From: Candidatus Omnitrophota bacterium
GTDB lineage: Bacteria > Omnitrophota > Gorgyraeia > Gygaellales > Profunditerraquicolaceae
Direction: 5' to 3'
DNA: 64,000 bases
Assembly (NCBI GenBank): GCA_026387335.1
Contig: JAPLLX010000001.1
Span: 170,620-234,619, forward strand
Each line of letters begins with the position of its first letter. Positions within the stretch are counted from its first letter, which is position 1. This document shows positions 9,920 to 20,161 of this stretch, in pieces. The position numbers and the translations under genes are program-made. The notes beneath the pieces were generated by a model, which worked only from the letters and a program-made list of their open reading frames with translations, was not told where the DNA came from and searched no databases.

Positions 9920-11113
9920 TTGAAAGATGAATTCTATAATTTCTTCAAGTTTATTAGCGAGTACGCGTTATATGGTTTGTTATTTTTTTTGTCAATTTCA
10001 AACGCTTTGGTTGAGACTTTTGTAGGTTTGGCAGTTTTTGGTTTTGTCGGACGCAAAGCAATAAGGCCGGACTTTAAGTATCTTAAGTCCTTACCGAATT
10101 TATTTCTTCTACTGTTTTTATTTTTTAGCGCGCTTTCTTTGTTTAATAGCGGAGCGTATCTTAAAATAAGCCTGAACGCTTTACTTGGAAAGTGGATGCA
10201 ATATCTCGGAATTTGTATCATTATCCAAGATGGCATATATGACCAAAAAATAATTAGGCGTGGGGTGTTTATCTTTTTGCTTGGTGCCGCCTTAGTAGTT
10301 CTTTCTGGGTTAAGCCAGTATTTTTTTAACATTGAATTCTTGCGAAATAGAAGTATCGCAGTTTTAAGCAACGGCCTGCATGCCGCGACATCTTCTTTTA
10401 GCCACTACAATGCTTTTGGCGGGTATTTGGTAGTTGTTCTATCTCTTGTCTCCGCTTTATTGTTAGCGAATAATTATTCTCGCCTTAAAACTAACAGTTT
10501 ATCAGCTTTAGCCATCTTATCAACCACGGCAATTATTTTGACTTTTTCTCGCGGTAGCTGGTTAGCTATGTTTATTTCGTTTATTTTTATGACTATTCTT
10601 TCTGAGAGAAATCTTAAGCGGTTAATTCCTGTTTTTCTTGTGATTATTATTTTATTTCTATTCCCCATCTTCCATGAAAGGTTATTTCTTACTTTTAAGG
10701 CCGGCGGTGATAGCGATAGGTTTAGGTATTGGCTGGTAGCATGGAAAATGATTAATGAACATCCATTTTTTGGAATGGGCTTAGGGACGTTTATGGCCAA
10801 TTTCCCAAAATTTCTACCGACTGCAAATATTTCATATGCGCACAATTGTTATTTGCAGATTTGGGCTGAAACAGGTATTTTTGCCTTATTTAGTTTTGGG
10901 GGTTTTATAGTTTCAGTTGTTTATTTTGGTATTAAAAGGTTTATTGATTCCAAGGATTTTGTATTGCTCGGATTATTGTCCGGAGTCGTGGGCTTCTTGT
11001 TACATAGTTTTTTTGAAACGAATTTATATTCTTTACGCCTTGCTATTTTATTCTGGGTTTGGGTTGGCTTGATTATTGTGAGAACGCGAAATGAACAACT
11101 GCCAAAAACATAG
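9920..11113 (+). CDS. O-antigen ligase family (WaaL/Wzy_C) protein
   Basis: TFSRGSW, HPFFGMGLGTF, AHNCYLQIWAETG. Confidence 0.88.
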   Translation: MKDEFYNFFKFISEYALYGLLFFLSISNALVETFVGLAVFGFVGRKAIRPDFKYLKSLPNLFLLLFLFFSALSLFNSGAYLKISLNALLGKWMQYLGICIIIQDGIYDQKIIRRGVFIFLLGAALVVLSGLSQYFFNIEFLRNRSIAVLSNGLHAATSSFSHYNAFGGYLVVVLSLVSALLLANNYSRLKTNSLSALAILSTTAIILTFSRGSWLAMFISFIFMTILSERNLKRLIPVFLVIIILFLFPIFHERLFLTFKAGGDSDRFRYWLVAWKMINEHPFFGMGLGTFMANFPKFLPTANISYAHNCYLQIWAETGIFALFSFGGFIVSVVYFGIKRFIDSKDFVLLGLLSGVVGFLLHSFFETNLYSLRLAILFWVWVGLIIVRTRNEQLPKT

Positions 11114-12401
11114 TTTAGGTATTAAGAGGTATTTTTATCAGCTGCTTTTTAGGTACCTGTCGGTATTTATCCGTCCTGATAATCCGGTAATTGAAATAAA
11201 CCCGGAATCATTCCCGGTAAGCGCTTATTTTAAGAATTCAAAACAGATTTCTTCGGATCAAGATTTGGGGCAATTATTAAATAAGACCCCCGAATATTTG
11301 ATTCTAAATGGGACCGTCCATTACGAAAGGGAGATTTTGTCCTATTTTCGTAAATTAAAAAGTTCTCTGAGCCCTAAAACTAGAGTAATTATTTTGTATT
11401 ATAGTAGTTTGTGGAAACCGCTAGCAAGGCTTGCTTCTTTTTTGGGGATACGTTCCAGGACGCCTGAACAAAATTGGGTTGACCACGATGATATCTTAAA
11501 TATTTTGTCGTTAGCTGATTTTGAGCCGGTACTTATTGATAGAAAGATTATCCTCCCTTTCTATATTCCCATATTAAGCAATTTAATTAATCGTTATTTA
11601 GCCCCGCTTCCATTAATTCGTTCTTTTTGCCTTGTAAATATACTTGTGGCTAGGCCGCTTATAAGAAGTAGAAGAAATGATCTATCTGTATCAGTCATTG
11701 TTCCCGCCAAGAATGAAGCTGGGAACATTGAGAATATAGTCAAAAGGTTGCCAAAGATGGGTTCGGCAGATGAAGTAGTTTTTGTTGAGGGACATTCTAA
11801 AGATAACACCTGGCAGGAAATTAAAAGGGTGGAAGAGGCATATGGTAAGGTTTTAAACATAAAATGCGTTAAGCAGGATGGGAAGGGTAAGGCCGATGCC
11901 GTAAGAAAGGGCTTTGAATGCGCCTCAAAGGATATCTTTATGATTTTAGACGCTGATTTATCTGTCGCTCCCGAAGCTCTCGAGGATTTTTATAAAGCCA
12001 TGTGTGAAGATAAAGCTGAGTTCTTAAACGGAAGCAGGCTGGTTTATCCTCACGATGGCAAGGCTATGCGATTTTGCAATATGGTTGGCAATAAATTCTT
12101 TGCGGCAGTTTTTTCTTTTCTTGTTGGACAGAGGTTTAAGGATACATTATGCGGTACAAAGGCTATCTCCGGAGAAAATTACAGGAAAATCGCCTTAAAT
12201 AGAAGTTTTTTTGGCGAATTTGACCCGTTTGGTGATTTTGATCTGATTTTAGGCGCAACGCGGCTTTGCCTTAAAATCCGGGAGATACCGGTGAGGTATT
12301 ATGAAAGGACCTACGGAAGTACTAATATAAACCGCTGGAGACACGGGTTTATTCTTTTGAAGATGGCTTTATTTTCGGCGAGGAAATTAAAGTTTATTTA
12401 A
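11091..12401 (+). CDS. GT2 glycosyltransferase with degenerate N-terminal methyltransferase-like domain
   Basis: SVIVPAKNEAGNI, VEGHSKDNT, DADL, DTLCGTK, DPFGDFDL. Confidence 0.8.
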   Translation: MNNCQKHSLGIKRYFYQLLFRYLSVFIRPDNPVIEINPESFPVSAYFKNSKQISSDQDLGQLLNKTPEYLILNGTVHYEREILSYFRKLKSSLSPKTRVIILYYSSLWKPLARLASFLGIRSRTPEQNWVDHDDILNILSLADFEPVLIDRKIILPFYIPILSNLINRYLAPLPLIRSFCLVNILVARPLIRSRRNDLSVSVIVPAKNEAGNIENIVKRLPKMGSADEVVFVEGHSKDNTWQEIKRVEEAYGKVLNIKCVKQDGKGKADAVRKGFECASKDIFMILDADLSVAPEALEDFYKAMCEDKAEFLNGSRLVYPHDGKAMRFCNMVGNKFFAAVFSFLVGQRFKDTLCGTKAISGENYRKIALNRSFFGEFDPFGDFDLILGATRLCLKIREIPVRYYERTYGSTNINRWRHGFILLKMALFSARKLKFI

Positions 12402-12454
12402 ACAGTAGGTCATTATTAGCTAGTATATGAATGTCTAAGAAAAATATTTAGCCC

Positions 12455-13399
12455 ATGGATAAGAAGCGAATTTATCTTGTAACTGGTGCAAGCGGTTTCG
12501 TCGGCGCTTGCCTGGTGAGGAGACTGATTTCCAGGAATGAGATAGTTCATATCATTGTAAGAAATAATTCCAATCTTTGGAGGGTTAATGATATCCTTCG
12601 TAAGATTAATGTGCATATATGCGATTTAACGGAGTTTAATAAATTAGCAAGAATAATCCGTAAGACTAAACCGAATGTTATCTATCATTTAGCTACCTAT
12701 GGTGCGTATTCCAGTCAGAATGACACAGATTTGTGTATAGATACAAATGTTAATGGTACGCGTAATTTATTGAATGCTGCTTCAGCGGTCGACTATGAGT
12801 TATTTGTTAACACTGGGAGCTCGTCTGAGTATGGTTTTAAGAAAAAACCGATGAAGGAAACTGATTTACTTGAGCCGGCGAGTTACTATGCCGTAGCTAA
12901 GAGCGCGCAGACCCTCTTGTGTTCATATTTTGCAAAGGAGAATAGTAAGCCTATAGCTACGCTTAGATTGTTTTCTGCGTATGGGCCTTATGAGGGCGGT
13001 AGCAGGTTTATTCCTACGCTCCTGAAAGCTTTGTATAACGGTAAAAAAATGAATTTGGTCTCTCCAGAGATTTCTAGAGATTGGATTTATGTTGAGGATA
13101 TAGTAGACGCGTATTTAATGATAGATAAGCTTAAGAAATTTAAAGGGGAAATTTTTAATATTGGTACCGGGAGGCAGAAGAATATAGAGGAAGTAGTAGG
13201 GCTGTCTTCTAAGATAACCGGTAAGACTACGGTTTTTAATTGGCAGGGCATGAATAATAGGATCTGGGATACTGATTATTGGGTTGCTGATATGAGTAAA
13301 ACAAAGAAACTTTTAAAGTGGCGTCCGAAAGTAGATTTGAAAGAAGGGATTTTACTTACTTGGAGTTGGCTTAGGGATAATTTACATCTTTATGTTTAA
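12455..13399 (+). CDS. NAD-dependent epimerase/dehydratase (nucleotide-sugar reductase)
   Basis: TGASGFVG, GSSSEYG, YAVAK (YxxxK). Confidence 0.88.
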   Translation: MDKKRIYLVTGASGFVGACLVRRLISRNEIVHIIVRNNSNLWRVNDILRKINVHICDLTEFNKLARIIRKTKPNVIYHLATYGAYSSQNDTDLCIDTNVNGTRNLLNAASAVDYELFVNTGSSSEYGFKKKPMKETDLLEPASYYAVAKSAQTLLCSYFAKENSKPIATLRLFSAYGPYEGGSRFIPTLLKALYNGKKMNLVSPEISRDWIYVEDIVDAYLMIDKLKKFKGEIFNIGTGRQKNIEEVVGLSSKITGKTTVFNWQGMNNRIWDTDYWVADMSKTKKLLKWRPKVDLKEGILLTWSWLRDNLHLYV

Positions 13400-13426
13400 T
13401 TGCTGAAAACCCAGCGCATTAAGAAT

Positions 13427-14149
13427 ATGAATACAGCAAAGCTTAATACTGGACAAAAGAGAACAAGAAGAAGGATAATTGAGATCAGCTATGAATCTAA
13501 ACTTGCTCATCTCGGATCTTGCTTAAGTGTTGTGGATATAATAGAGGCTATATATCTAATTAAAAAGCAGGATGAGCGTTTTATTCTCTCAGGAGGGCAT
13601 GCGGGAATAGCTTTGTATGTTATTTTAGAGAAGCACGGTTTTATTAAACCCGAAGTAATTCCTGCTCTTCATATCCATCCGGACAGAAACATTAATTTAG
13701 GCATAGATTTTTCAACGGGAAGCTTAGGCCAGGGGCTGCCTGTGGCGGTTGGGATGGCTTTGTCTAATAGAAATAGACGTATTTTTTGTGTAATTACCGA
13801 CGGAGAATGCGCGGAGGGAAGTATCTGGGAAGCTTTAAGGATAACATCTGAAAATAAAATATGCAATCTTATTACTATAGTTAACGCAAACGGATGGGGA
13901 GCGTATGATCCGGTTTCTTCCGTATCGCTTTTAAAGCGTATTAAGGCCTTTGGTTTAAATACGATAGAAGTAGACGGGCATAATATAAAGGGAATAACTG
14001 ATGTAATTGAGAAAGCCGTAAAGAATGGCCCTTCAGTGATTTTTGCAAAGACAAGCGTAGAGCAATTCAACTTTTTAAAAGGTCAGGATGCGCATTATTA
14101 TGTAATGGATGAAAATGATTATAAAAGCGCGATGGAGATTTTAAAGTGA
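13427..14149 (+). CDS. Split transketolase-like protein, ThDP-binding (N-terminal) subunit
   Basis: HLGSCLS, GSLGQG, DGECAEGSIWEA, VDGH; start may be TTG 13400 or ATG 13427. Confidence 0.85.
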   Translation: MNTAKLNTGQKRTRRRIIEISYESKLAHLGSCLSVVDIIEAIYLIKKQDERFILSGGHAGIALYVILEKHGFIKPEVIPALHIHPDRNINLGIDFSTGSLGQGLPVAVGMALSNRNRRIFCVITDGECAEGSIWEALRITSENKICNLITIVNANGWGAYDPVSSVSLLKRIKAFGLNTIEVDGHNIKGITDVIEKAVKNGPSVIFAKTSVEQFNFLKGQDAHYYVMDENDYKSAMEILK

Positions 14150-14649
14150 ACGATAATTACTCAACCGTAAGAATGAGGAGATATTTTGTTGATATTTTAC
14201 ATAAGAAAATGTCGGAATATAGAGATATTTGGGTTGTAACCGGTGACCTGGGATATAAAATGTGGGATGAAATCAGGAGAGATTATCCGGGCCGGTTTAT
14301 AAACGTGGGAGCTGCTGAACAGGCTATGATAGGGGTTGGTATAGGGTTGGCCTTAGAAGGCAAGATTCCCTTTGTTTATTCAATATCCCCATTTCTTTTA
14401 TATAGGCCTTTTGAGACTATTAGAAATTACATAAACGAGGAAAAGATTCCGGTGAAATTAGTTGGTTCGGGAAGAGATAAGGATTATATTCATGACGGTT
14501 TCTCTCACTGGGCGCAGGAGGATAGAGATATAATGAAGATTTTGAATAATATAAACGCCAGATGGCCGGAAACTAATGAAGATTTACCCGAGATAATAAA
14601 TGAAATGATTAGAAGAAATTCCCCGTATTATTTAAACCTTAAGAAATAG
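14146..14649 (+). CDS. Split transketolase-like protein, pyrimidine-binding subunit (short, no C-terminal domain)
   Basis: TGDLG, RFINVGAAEQAMIG, RPFETIR, DGFSH. Confidence 0.82.
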   Translation: MNDNYSTVRMRRYFVDILHKKMSEYRDIWVVTGDLGYKMWDEIRRDYPGRFINVGAAEQAMIGVGIGLALEGKIPFVYSISPFLLYRPFETIRNYINEEKIPVKLVGSGRDKDYIHDGFSHWAQEDRDIMKILNNINARWPETNEDLPEIINEMIRRNSPYYLNLKK

Positions 14650-14665
14650 TTATTTAGGAGAAAAT

Positions 14666-15601
14666 ATGAAGAAAATTTCAGCAGTAGTAGCCTGTTATAA
14701 TGACGAAAGAGCCATTCCGCATATGCATAAGAGATTGACCGATGTTTTTAGGAAAATAGGGGTTAATTATGAAATAATATTTGTTAATGACGGTAGTCCT
14801 GATAATACGGAAGTTTTATTGCGTGATCTTGTAAGAAGCGACCCGCACACAATCGGAGTAAACCATTCCCGTAATTTTAATTCTCAGATGGCTTTTACAA
14901 GCGGTATGGATATCGCTAATGGTGATGCGGTAGTTCTGTTAGATGGGGACTTGCAGGATCCGCCGGAGATTATTGAGCAATTTTATAACAAGTGGCTGGA
15001 GGGTTACGATATTGTATACGGAGTGAGGGTGAAACGAGAGGCTCCCTTATTTATGCAAGTAGCATATAAACTATTTTATTACATTTTTCACAAACTTTCT
15101 TATGTGAAAATACCTCTAAACGTCGGAGACTTCTCACTCATGGATAAAAAGGTGATTGAGGTAATGAAATTATTTCCCGAGAGAGACAGGTTTCTTAGAG
15201 GCCTAAGGGCATGGACGGGTTTCCGAAATACAGGCATCCCGTATATCAGGCCGGAGAGGATGTTCGGTAGGACAACGAATAATATTTTCCGGAATTTAAA
15301 CTGGGCGACAAAAGGAATTTTCTCTTTTTCATACGTACCACTTGAATTAATGACATTTTTCTCTTTCTTTGTGTTTATTCTTGCCTTATCCGGAATAATT
15401 TTTCAGATTATCGCAAGAATTCTAGAGCCGAATATTCCGCATGGAATTACAACCGTATTAGTTGTCGTGTTATTTATTGGCGCTATTCAGTTACTGGGGA
15501 TAAGTGTATTAGGTCAATATATCGGTAGGATATTCGAAGAAGTGAAACAGAGGCCTAAGTATATTGTTAAGAGTGTATTCCGTAATGAAGGAAAAGTATG
15601 A
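14666..15601 (+). CDS. GtrB/ArnC-like undecaprenyl-phosphate glycosyltransferase (GT2)
   Basis: VNDGSPD, SRNF, DGDLQDPPE, RFLRGLRAWTGF, two C-terminal TMs, GQYIGRIFEEVKQRP. Confidence 0.9.
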   Translation: MKKISAVVACYNDERAIPHMHKRLTDVFRKIGVNYEIIFVNDGSPDNTEVLLRDLVRSDPHTIGVNHSRNFNSQMAFTSGMDIANGDAVVLLDGDLQDPPEIIEQFYNKWLEGYDIVYGVRVKREAPLFMQVAYKLFYYIFHKLSYVKIPLNVGDFSLMDKKVIEVMKLFPERDRFLRGLRAWTGFRNTGIPYIRPERMFGRTTNNIFRNLNWATKGIFSFSYVPLELMTFFSFFVFILALSGIIFQIIARILEPNIPHGITTVLVVVLFIGAIQLLGISVLGQYIGRIFEEVKQRPKYIVKSVFRNEGKV

Positions 15602-17679
15602 TTAATCTGATAGTAGTGAATGCAATCGTAATCTTTAGCTCTTGGATAATTGCAAGAAAGTATTTTGGCGTGCGTTTATTTAGTGAATTAATTTTAGTTT
15701 GGTTTATATTGTTCTTTGCTCAAATAGTCTTAGTTGAGATGATATTGGGAATTTTCAATCTGCTCTTTTTTAAGAATGTCTTTTCCGTACACCTGTTAAT
15801 TCTTATATTTATATTGTTGATAAGCCGCAAGAGAAGAATTGCCGAGTTTTTAAAACCTGATTTAGAATTTTTTGTAAATAGCAAATTGCTTTTTTTTGCC
15901 TTCTCTGTATTTGCAGCATTTTTCTTAGTGAGAATAGTTATTAATTTAATGACACCGGCTGTGTTCCCTGACGGATTGCAAATCTATTTATCTTTTCCTG
16001 CAACTTGGATTAAAAGCGGAAATTTGGATAATCCGGTAAATATATTCGGAGCATCGCCTATATTAAACGCAAAATTCTTGCAAACCAGTGCGACTTCTTA
16101 TTATCCTATTAATGGCCAGCTATTCTTTGCCTGGCTTATGTTGCCATTAAGAAGTTCATTCTTAGCAAATATTGGGCAGGCCCCATTTTACATAACAGGT
16201 ATAGCAGTTTTTTATTCAATATTAAGGAAATATGATTTAAATAGAACGATTGCCCTCTTAAGCGGCTTTCTTTGGGCCCTTATCCCTAATATTTTTAAAC
16301 AATTTAGGAATGGCGCTCAAATTGACATCATTTGTTCAGTCTTGGTGCTTTTGTTTTTTTACACAATTTTATTGCTTAAACTGAATTTTACTTTTAAGAA
16401 CGTAATCTTGTTTGGTATATCGGCGGGGCTTTTAATTGGAACTAAGGTTATTAATATTGTATGGTTTGCTGCTTTTCTACCTTTTACCTGTTATGTGTTA
16501 TTTAATGGGATAAAGGAAAACAAGCTTACAATGAGCAAGGTATTAAATTTTACAGGAGTCATTGCTTTAATGGTTATTTTATTCGGTGGTTTCATATATA
16601 TAAAAAATTATATTTTTACTGGTAACCCTCTGTTTCCTGTGAGCTTAAAAGTTTTCGGTGTCACTATCTTTAATGGTTTGCTTGATAACGCCGCATATGG
16701 AATGCAAATTGCCAGCGGAGATAAATTTGATTTAATGAGAATAATTTTTAAAGAAGGTTTAGGTGCGCAATTTTTAGTTTTAGTTTTACCCGGTTTGTTT
16801 CTGCCGGTAGTATTTTTTGCGTATTTAAGAAGAAAGTGCCAGCCTTTTGGAGAGTACGTGCTGATTTTTATCACACCGCTTATAATGTTTTTCTTATATT
16901 ACTTTCTTGTTAATGTGTACGTAGTCAGGTATCTTTTTCCGTTTATAAGTATGGGGTTGATAACTGCCGTTATTTTTATAAGCAGGTTACCTCGCGGAGA
17001 GAGATATTTGACATTGGTTTCATTTATAGCAATTTTTGTTTCAGCTTCCGAATTAGCTCATAGATATGAACTTATTACTTCGCTTTTGCTTTCTTTGATA
17101 TTCTTTATAGCATTAGTAGCATATAAAAAACAATTCATTTCATTTTATAAGAGCAAAGCATTTACTAAGAAGATGATTATTTTATTATCCGTGGTGTTAA
17201 TATTTCTAGGTTACCTAAATGAAAAATATAATAAAGAGGCATATGACCGCTATCCTCTAAGTTTCAGCAAGAAGGAAGCATCGCAGAGAGATATAGCTAG
17301 AGGTTGGAAGGCTCTCAATGACTTAACCGGGCCAGGCGCGCGAGTTGCTTATACCGGCAGGCAGGAGTTTTACCCTTTATTCGGCACGCGGCTTAAGAAT
17401 TATGTAGTCTATGTGTCTATTAATGAAAAAGAAGTTTCTCCTTATAATGAATTTGATGGGTTATTCCGGCAAACCAAGGATTTCCTTGCCTGGAGGATAA
17501 ATTTAAAGAGAGAAAAAATTGAGTATTTATTTATAGCGCATCCATTTTTTAATAGCCGTGAATCGGAAGATCCTGCTAAATTTCCAGTTGAAGATGAATG
17601 GGCTGTTGCGCATCCCGAAGATTTTAAGCTTTTATACAATAATTCATTAGCTCATATATATAAAATTTTAATTAAATAA
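15598..17679 (+). CDS. Large polytopic membrane protein, probable GT-C glycosyltransferase
   Basis: Many TMs, YYPINGQL, GTK, KNYIFTGNPLFP, RYLFP; directly follows the GtrB-like gene. Confidence 0.6.
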   Translation: MINLIVVNAIVIFSSWIIARKYFGVRLFSELILVWFILFFAQIVLVEMILGIFNLLFFKNVFSVHLLILIFILLISRKRRIAEFLKPDLEFFVNSKLLFFAFSVFAAFFLVRIVINLMTPAVFPDGLQIYLSFPATWIKSGNLDNPVNIFGASPILNAKFLQTSATSYYPINGQLFFAWLMLPLRSSFLANIGQAPFYITGIAVFYSILRKYDLNRTIALLSGFLWALIPNIFKQFRNGAQIDIICSVLVLLFFYTILLLKLNFTFKNVILFGISAGLLIGTKVINIVWFAAFLPFTCYVLFNGIKENKLTMSKVLNFTGVIALMVILFGGFIYIKNYIFTGNPLFPVSLKVFGVTIFNGLLDNAAYGMQIASGDKFDLMRIIFKEGLGAQFLVLVLPGLFLPVVFFAYLRRKCQPFGEYVLIFITPLIMFFLYYFLVNVYVVRYLFPFISMGLITAVIFISRLPRGERYLTLVSFIAIFVSASELAHRYELITSLLLSLIFFIALVAYKKQFISFYKSKAFTKKMIILLSVVLIFLGYLNEKYNKEAYDRYPLSFSKKEASQRDIARGWKALNDLTGPGARVAYTGRQEFYPLFGTRLKNYVVYVSINEKEVSPYNEFDGLFRQTKDFLAWRINLKREKIEYLFIAHPFFNSRESEDPAKFPVEDEWAVAHPEDFKLLYNNSLAHIYKILIK

Positions 17680-19076
17680 TGAAAATAGCGCTTGTATATC
17701 CACCGTCCCAGGAATTAAACCTTAAGGGGTATCCTTTAGGGCTGGCATACCTATCGGCCTCTTTAAAAAGAAAACATAAGGTGGATGTATATGATTATAA
17801 TGGCAGGGAGTTTAAGAAGAGCTTGAATTTGTTTTTTAATTCTGTCAGACAATCTAAGCCTGATTTAGTGTCAGTTTCTTTTAATTCCTTTAACCGCTGG
17901 GCTGCGTATAAAATAATTAATAAGGTTAAAAATATCAATAAGGATATTATTGTTGTTTTGGGAGGGGTTCATCCCTCTACAATGTATACCCAGATTTTTC
18001 AAAATTTCTTTGATGATATTGATTTTATTATTCAGTCAGAAGGCGAGAGCTCACTGTATAAGTTATGCAGTGCTTTAGAAACAGGATCAGATTACAAAGA
18101 AATAAGCGGATTAGTTTATAAAGACGGTGACAAAACTTTTAAAGCAAATCCTGTTACCCAGATTGCCGCTAATCTTGATGATTTACCTCTTCCGGATTAT
18201 TCATATGCTTCTCAAAGGATAATGGAGAGCGGGTCCGCGTATCTTATTACTTCCCGGGGATGCCCGGTTAACTGTTCTTTTTGCTCAACTTCTTCTTTTT
18301 GGGGACAGAACGTTAGGATGAATTCTCCGGAAAGAGTGGGAGAGGAAGTGGATTATGTAAAAAGTTTAGGCGCCAAGAGAATCTTTTTTCATGATGATAC
18401 TTTTAATCTCGGGATTGAGAGGACCATTAAGCTGGCCGAGATACTGAAAAATAAGAAAATTGAATATGCTGTTTCTTGCCGGGTAAAGCCCGTGAATGAA
18501 GAAATGGTCGCCAGATTAGTTGAGTCTGGCTGCAGGCATATAACCTGGGGGGTAGAGAGCCTATCCGATAAGATATTGCAGACAATTGATAAGAAGATTA
18601 CTAAAGAAGAAGCGAAGAATGCTTTTGATATCTGCTCTAAATATACTGATAGATTGACTACCAGCGGATTTTTCTGTGTCGGAATCCCGGGTGAAGCTGA
18701 AGAAACAATCAATGAAACAGTTGATTATTTGAATAAATTTATCAAGTCTACCCATGGGCCGGGAGCGTCTATGCTCTATATTTTGCCTGGGACAAAGATT
18801 TACAGGGAGTTGGTTAAGTCTGGGGAGTTTGACGAAAGCATATGGATAAAGACCAATTCAGTTTATTATTATACTGAAGAACATAGTATGAAGGTTTTAA
18901 ATAGATGGAGGAAGAGAGTCAATTCTAGTGGGATAAGGTTGCCATCCAACCTTAAATATTTTTGGGATTATGCCTTGGTTAATAAGGAAGATAATGCGGG
19001 CAGGTTAAGAAAAGCGCTTCGTAAGAATGTCAGGAAAATAACCAGATTTATAAATATGCTGCGCAACAGATACTAG
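17679..19076 (+). CDS. B12-binding radical SAM protein
   Basis: PLGLAYLSA, GGVHPS, EGE, RGCPVNCSFC, GVES. Confidence 0.9.
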   Translation: MKIALVYPPSQELNLKGYPLGLAYLSASLKRKHKVDVYDYNGREFKKSLNLFFNSVRQSKPDLVSVSFNSFNRWAAYKIINKVKNINKDIIVVLGGVHPSTMYTQIFQNFFDDIDFIIQSEGESSLYKLCSALETGSDYKEISGLVYKDGDKTFKANPVTQIAANLDDLPLPDYSYASQRIMESGSAYLITSRGCPVNCSFCSTSSFWGQNVRMNSPERVGEEVDYVKSLGAKRIFFHDDTFNLGIERTIKLAEILKNKKIEYAVSCRVKPVNEEMVARLVESGCRHITWGVESLSDKILQTIDKKITKEEAKNAFDICSKYTDRLTTSGFFCVGIPGEAEETINETVDYLNKFIKSTHGPGASMLYILPGTKIYRELVKSGEFDESIWIKTNSVYYYTEEHSMKVLNRWRKRVNSSGIRLPSNLKYFWDYALVNKEDNAGRLRKALRKNVRKITRFINMLRNRY

Positions 19077-19104
19077 GCGTTTATAATAGAAAGAAAGGTT
19101 TGGA

Positions 19105-20139
19105 ATGAGAGAAAGTGTGTTAAAATTATTAAGATGTCCGGCCTGCAAAAGCAACTTATTGTCCTTACGCAAAGAAACCGTCAATGAGATTGAGACTAGA
19201 ACCGGCAGGATTGTGTGTAATAATTGCAGCGCAGATTATAAGATTGAAGATGGGATAATTAATTTTCTCCATAATGCCAATGAGGGAGTTTTGCGTGAAA
19301 GAAAGGCTATGGATGACGATGAGTACATTGTTGATGAAAGTGGCATTAAATATAGAATATCAAATGAAACGATAGAAAAGTTTAAAGATAAATTTCTTGC
19401 TTTGCCCGAAGGAGATGGTTCGTATTTCTTCAAGGCTAACGGAAGTTTTCAGACCACTGCCGAAGCATCAGGTAGATTTTATTCCGCATTAGCGGACCTA
19501 AACCTTAGCGGAAAGGAAAGTGTATTAGAGGTAGGCTCATGTTTTTCTTACGCCTCTTTTAATTTTGCTAAAAAAGGATGTAGTGTAGTCGCTACGGATA
19601 TAAGCAACTACTTAAAGGCCTCTAACCTTTTTATAAAGCAGGCGTATTTTGAAAGAATATTTTCGGATATGCACTATATACCATTTATGGATAATTCATT
19701 TGACATTGTGTTTGGTTCAGCGATTCTTCATCACAGTAAAGACTTGAAAAAAGTTTTTAGCGAGATATACAGGGTTTTAAAGCCAGGAGGCAGGCTTTTT
19801 GTGATTAACGAAGCATGTAGAGGGGTTTTAGAAAAAGTCCATCCAGTTTTTAAGAAAATGGAAGAAAAAGGTTTCGCGGACACCTCTTATACTATTCCGC
19901 AATTTATTAAGGGAGCCAAAGCCGGTGGTTTTAGAAAGGTAAAGGCTATATTTTCGTCCTTAGCCGATGATTATATCTTGAGGCGTAAAAACAGGAATCC
20001 TGACGAGCGCACCTTTAAGCTGGAATTAGCTAACTTTTTTAAGAAACACAGAAGATTAGAGCGTTTAGTATCTTTTTTTATGATACTGCCGAGATTATTA
20101 TTCAGGCCGAAAAGCTGGAAGCTTATTTGCTATAAATAA
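19105..20139 (+). CDS. Trm112-like zinc-ribbon fused to SAM methyltransferase
   Basis: LRCPACK..CNNC..YKIEDGII; VLEVGSC, SFDIVFGSAILHH, LKPGG. Confidence 0.8.
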   Translation: MRESVLKLLRCPACKSNLLSLRKETVNEIETRTGRIVCNNCSADYKIEDGIINFLHNANEGVLRERKAMDDDEYIVDESGIKYRISNETIEKFKDKFLALPEGDGSYFFKANGSFQTTAEASGRFYSALADLNLSGKESVLEVGSCFSYASFNFAKKGCSVVATDISNYLKASNLFIKQAYFERIFSDMHYIPFMDNSFDIVFGSAILHHSKDLKKVFSEIYRVLKPGGRLFVINEACRGVLEKVHPVFKKMEEKGFADTSYTIPQFIKGAKAGGFRKVKAIFSSLADDYILRRKNRNPDERTFKLELANFFKKHRRLERLVSFFMILPRLLFRPKSWKLICYK

Positions 20140-20161
20140 TAATCAGAAAACGGAGAGATAA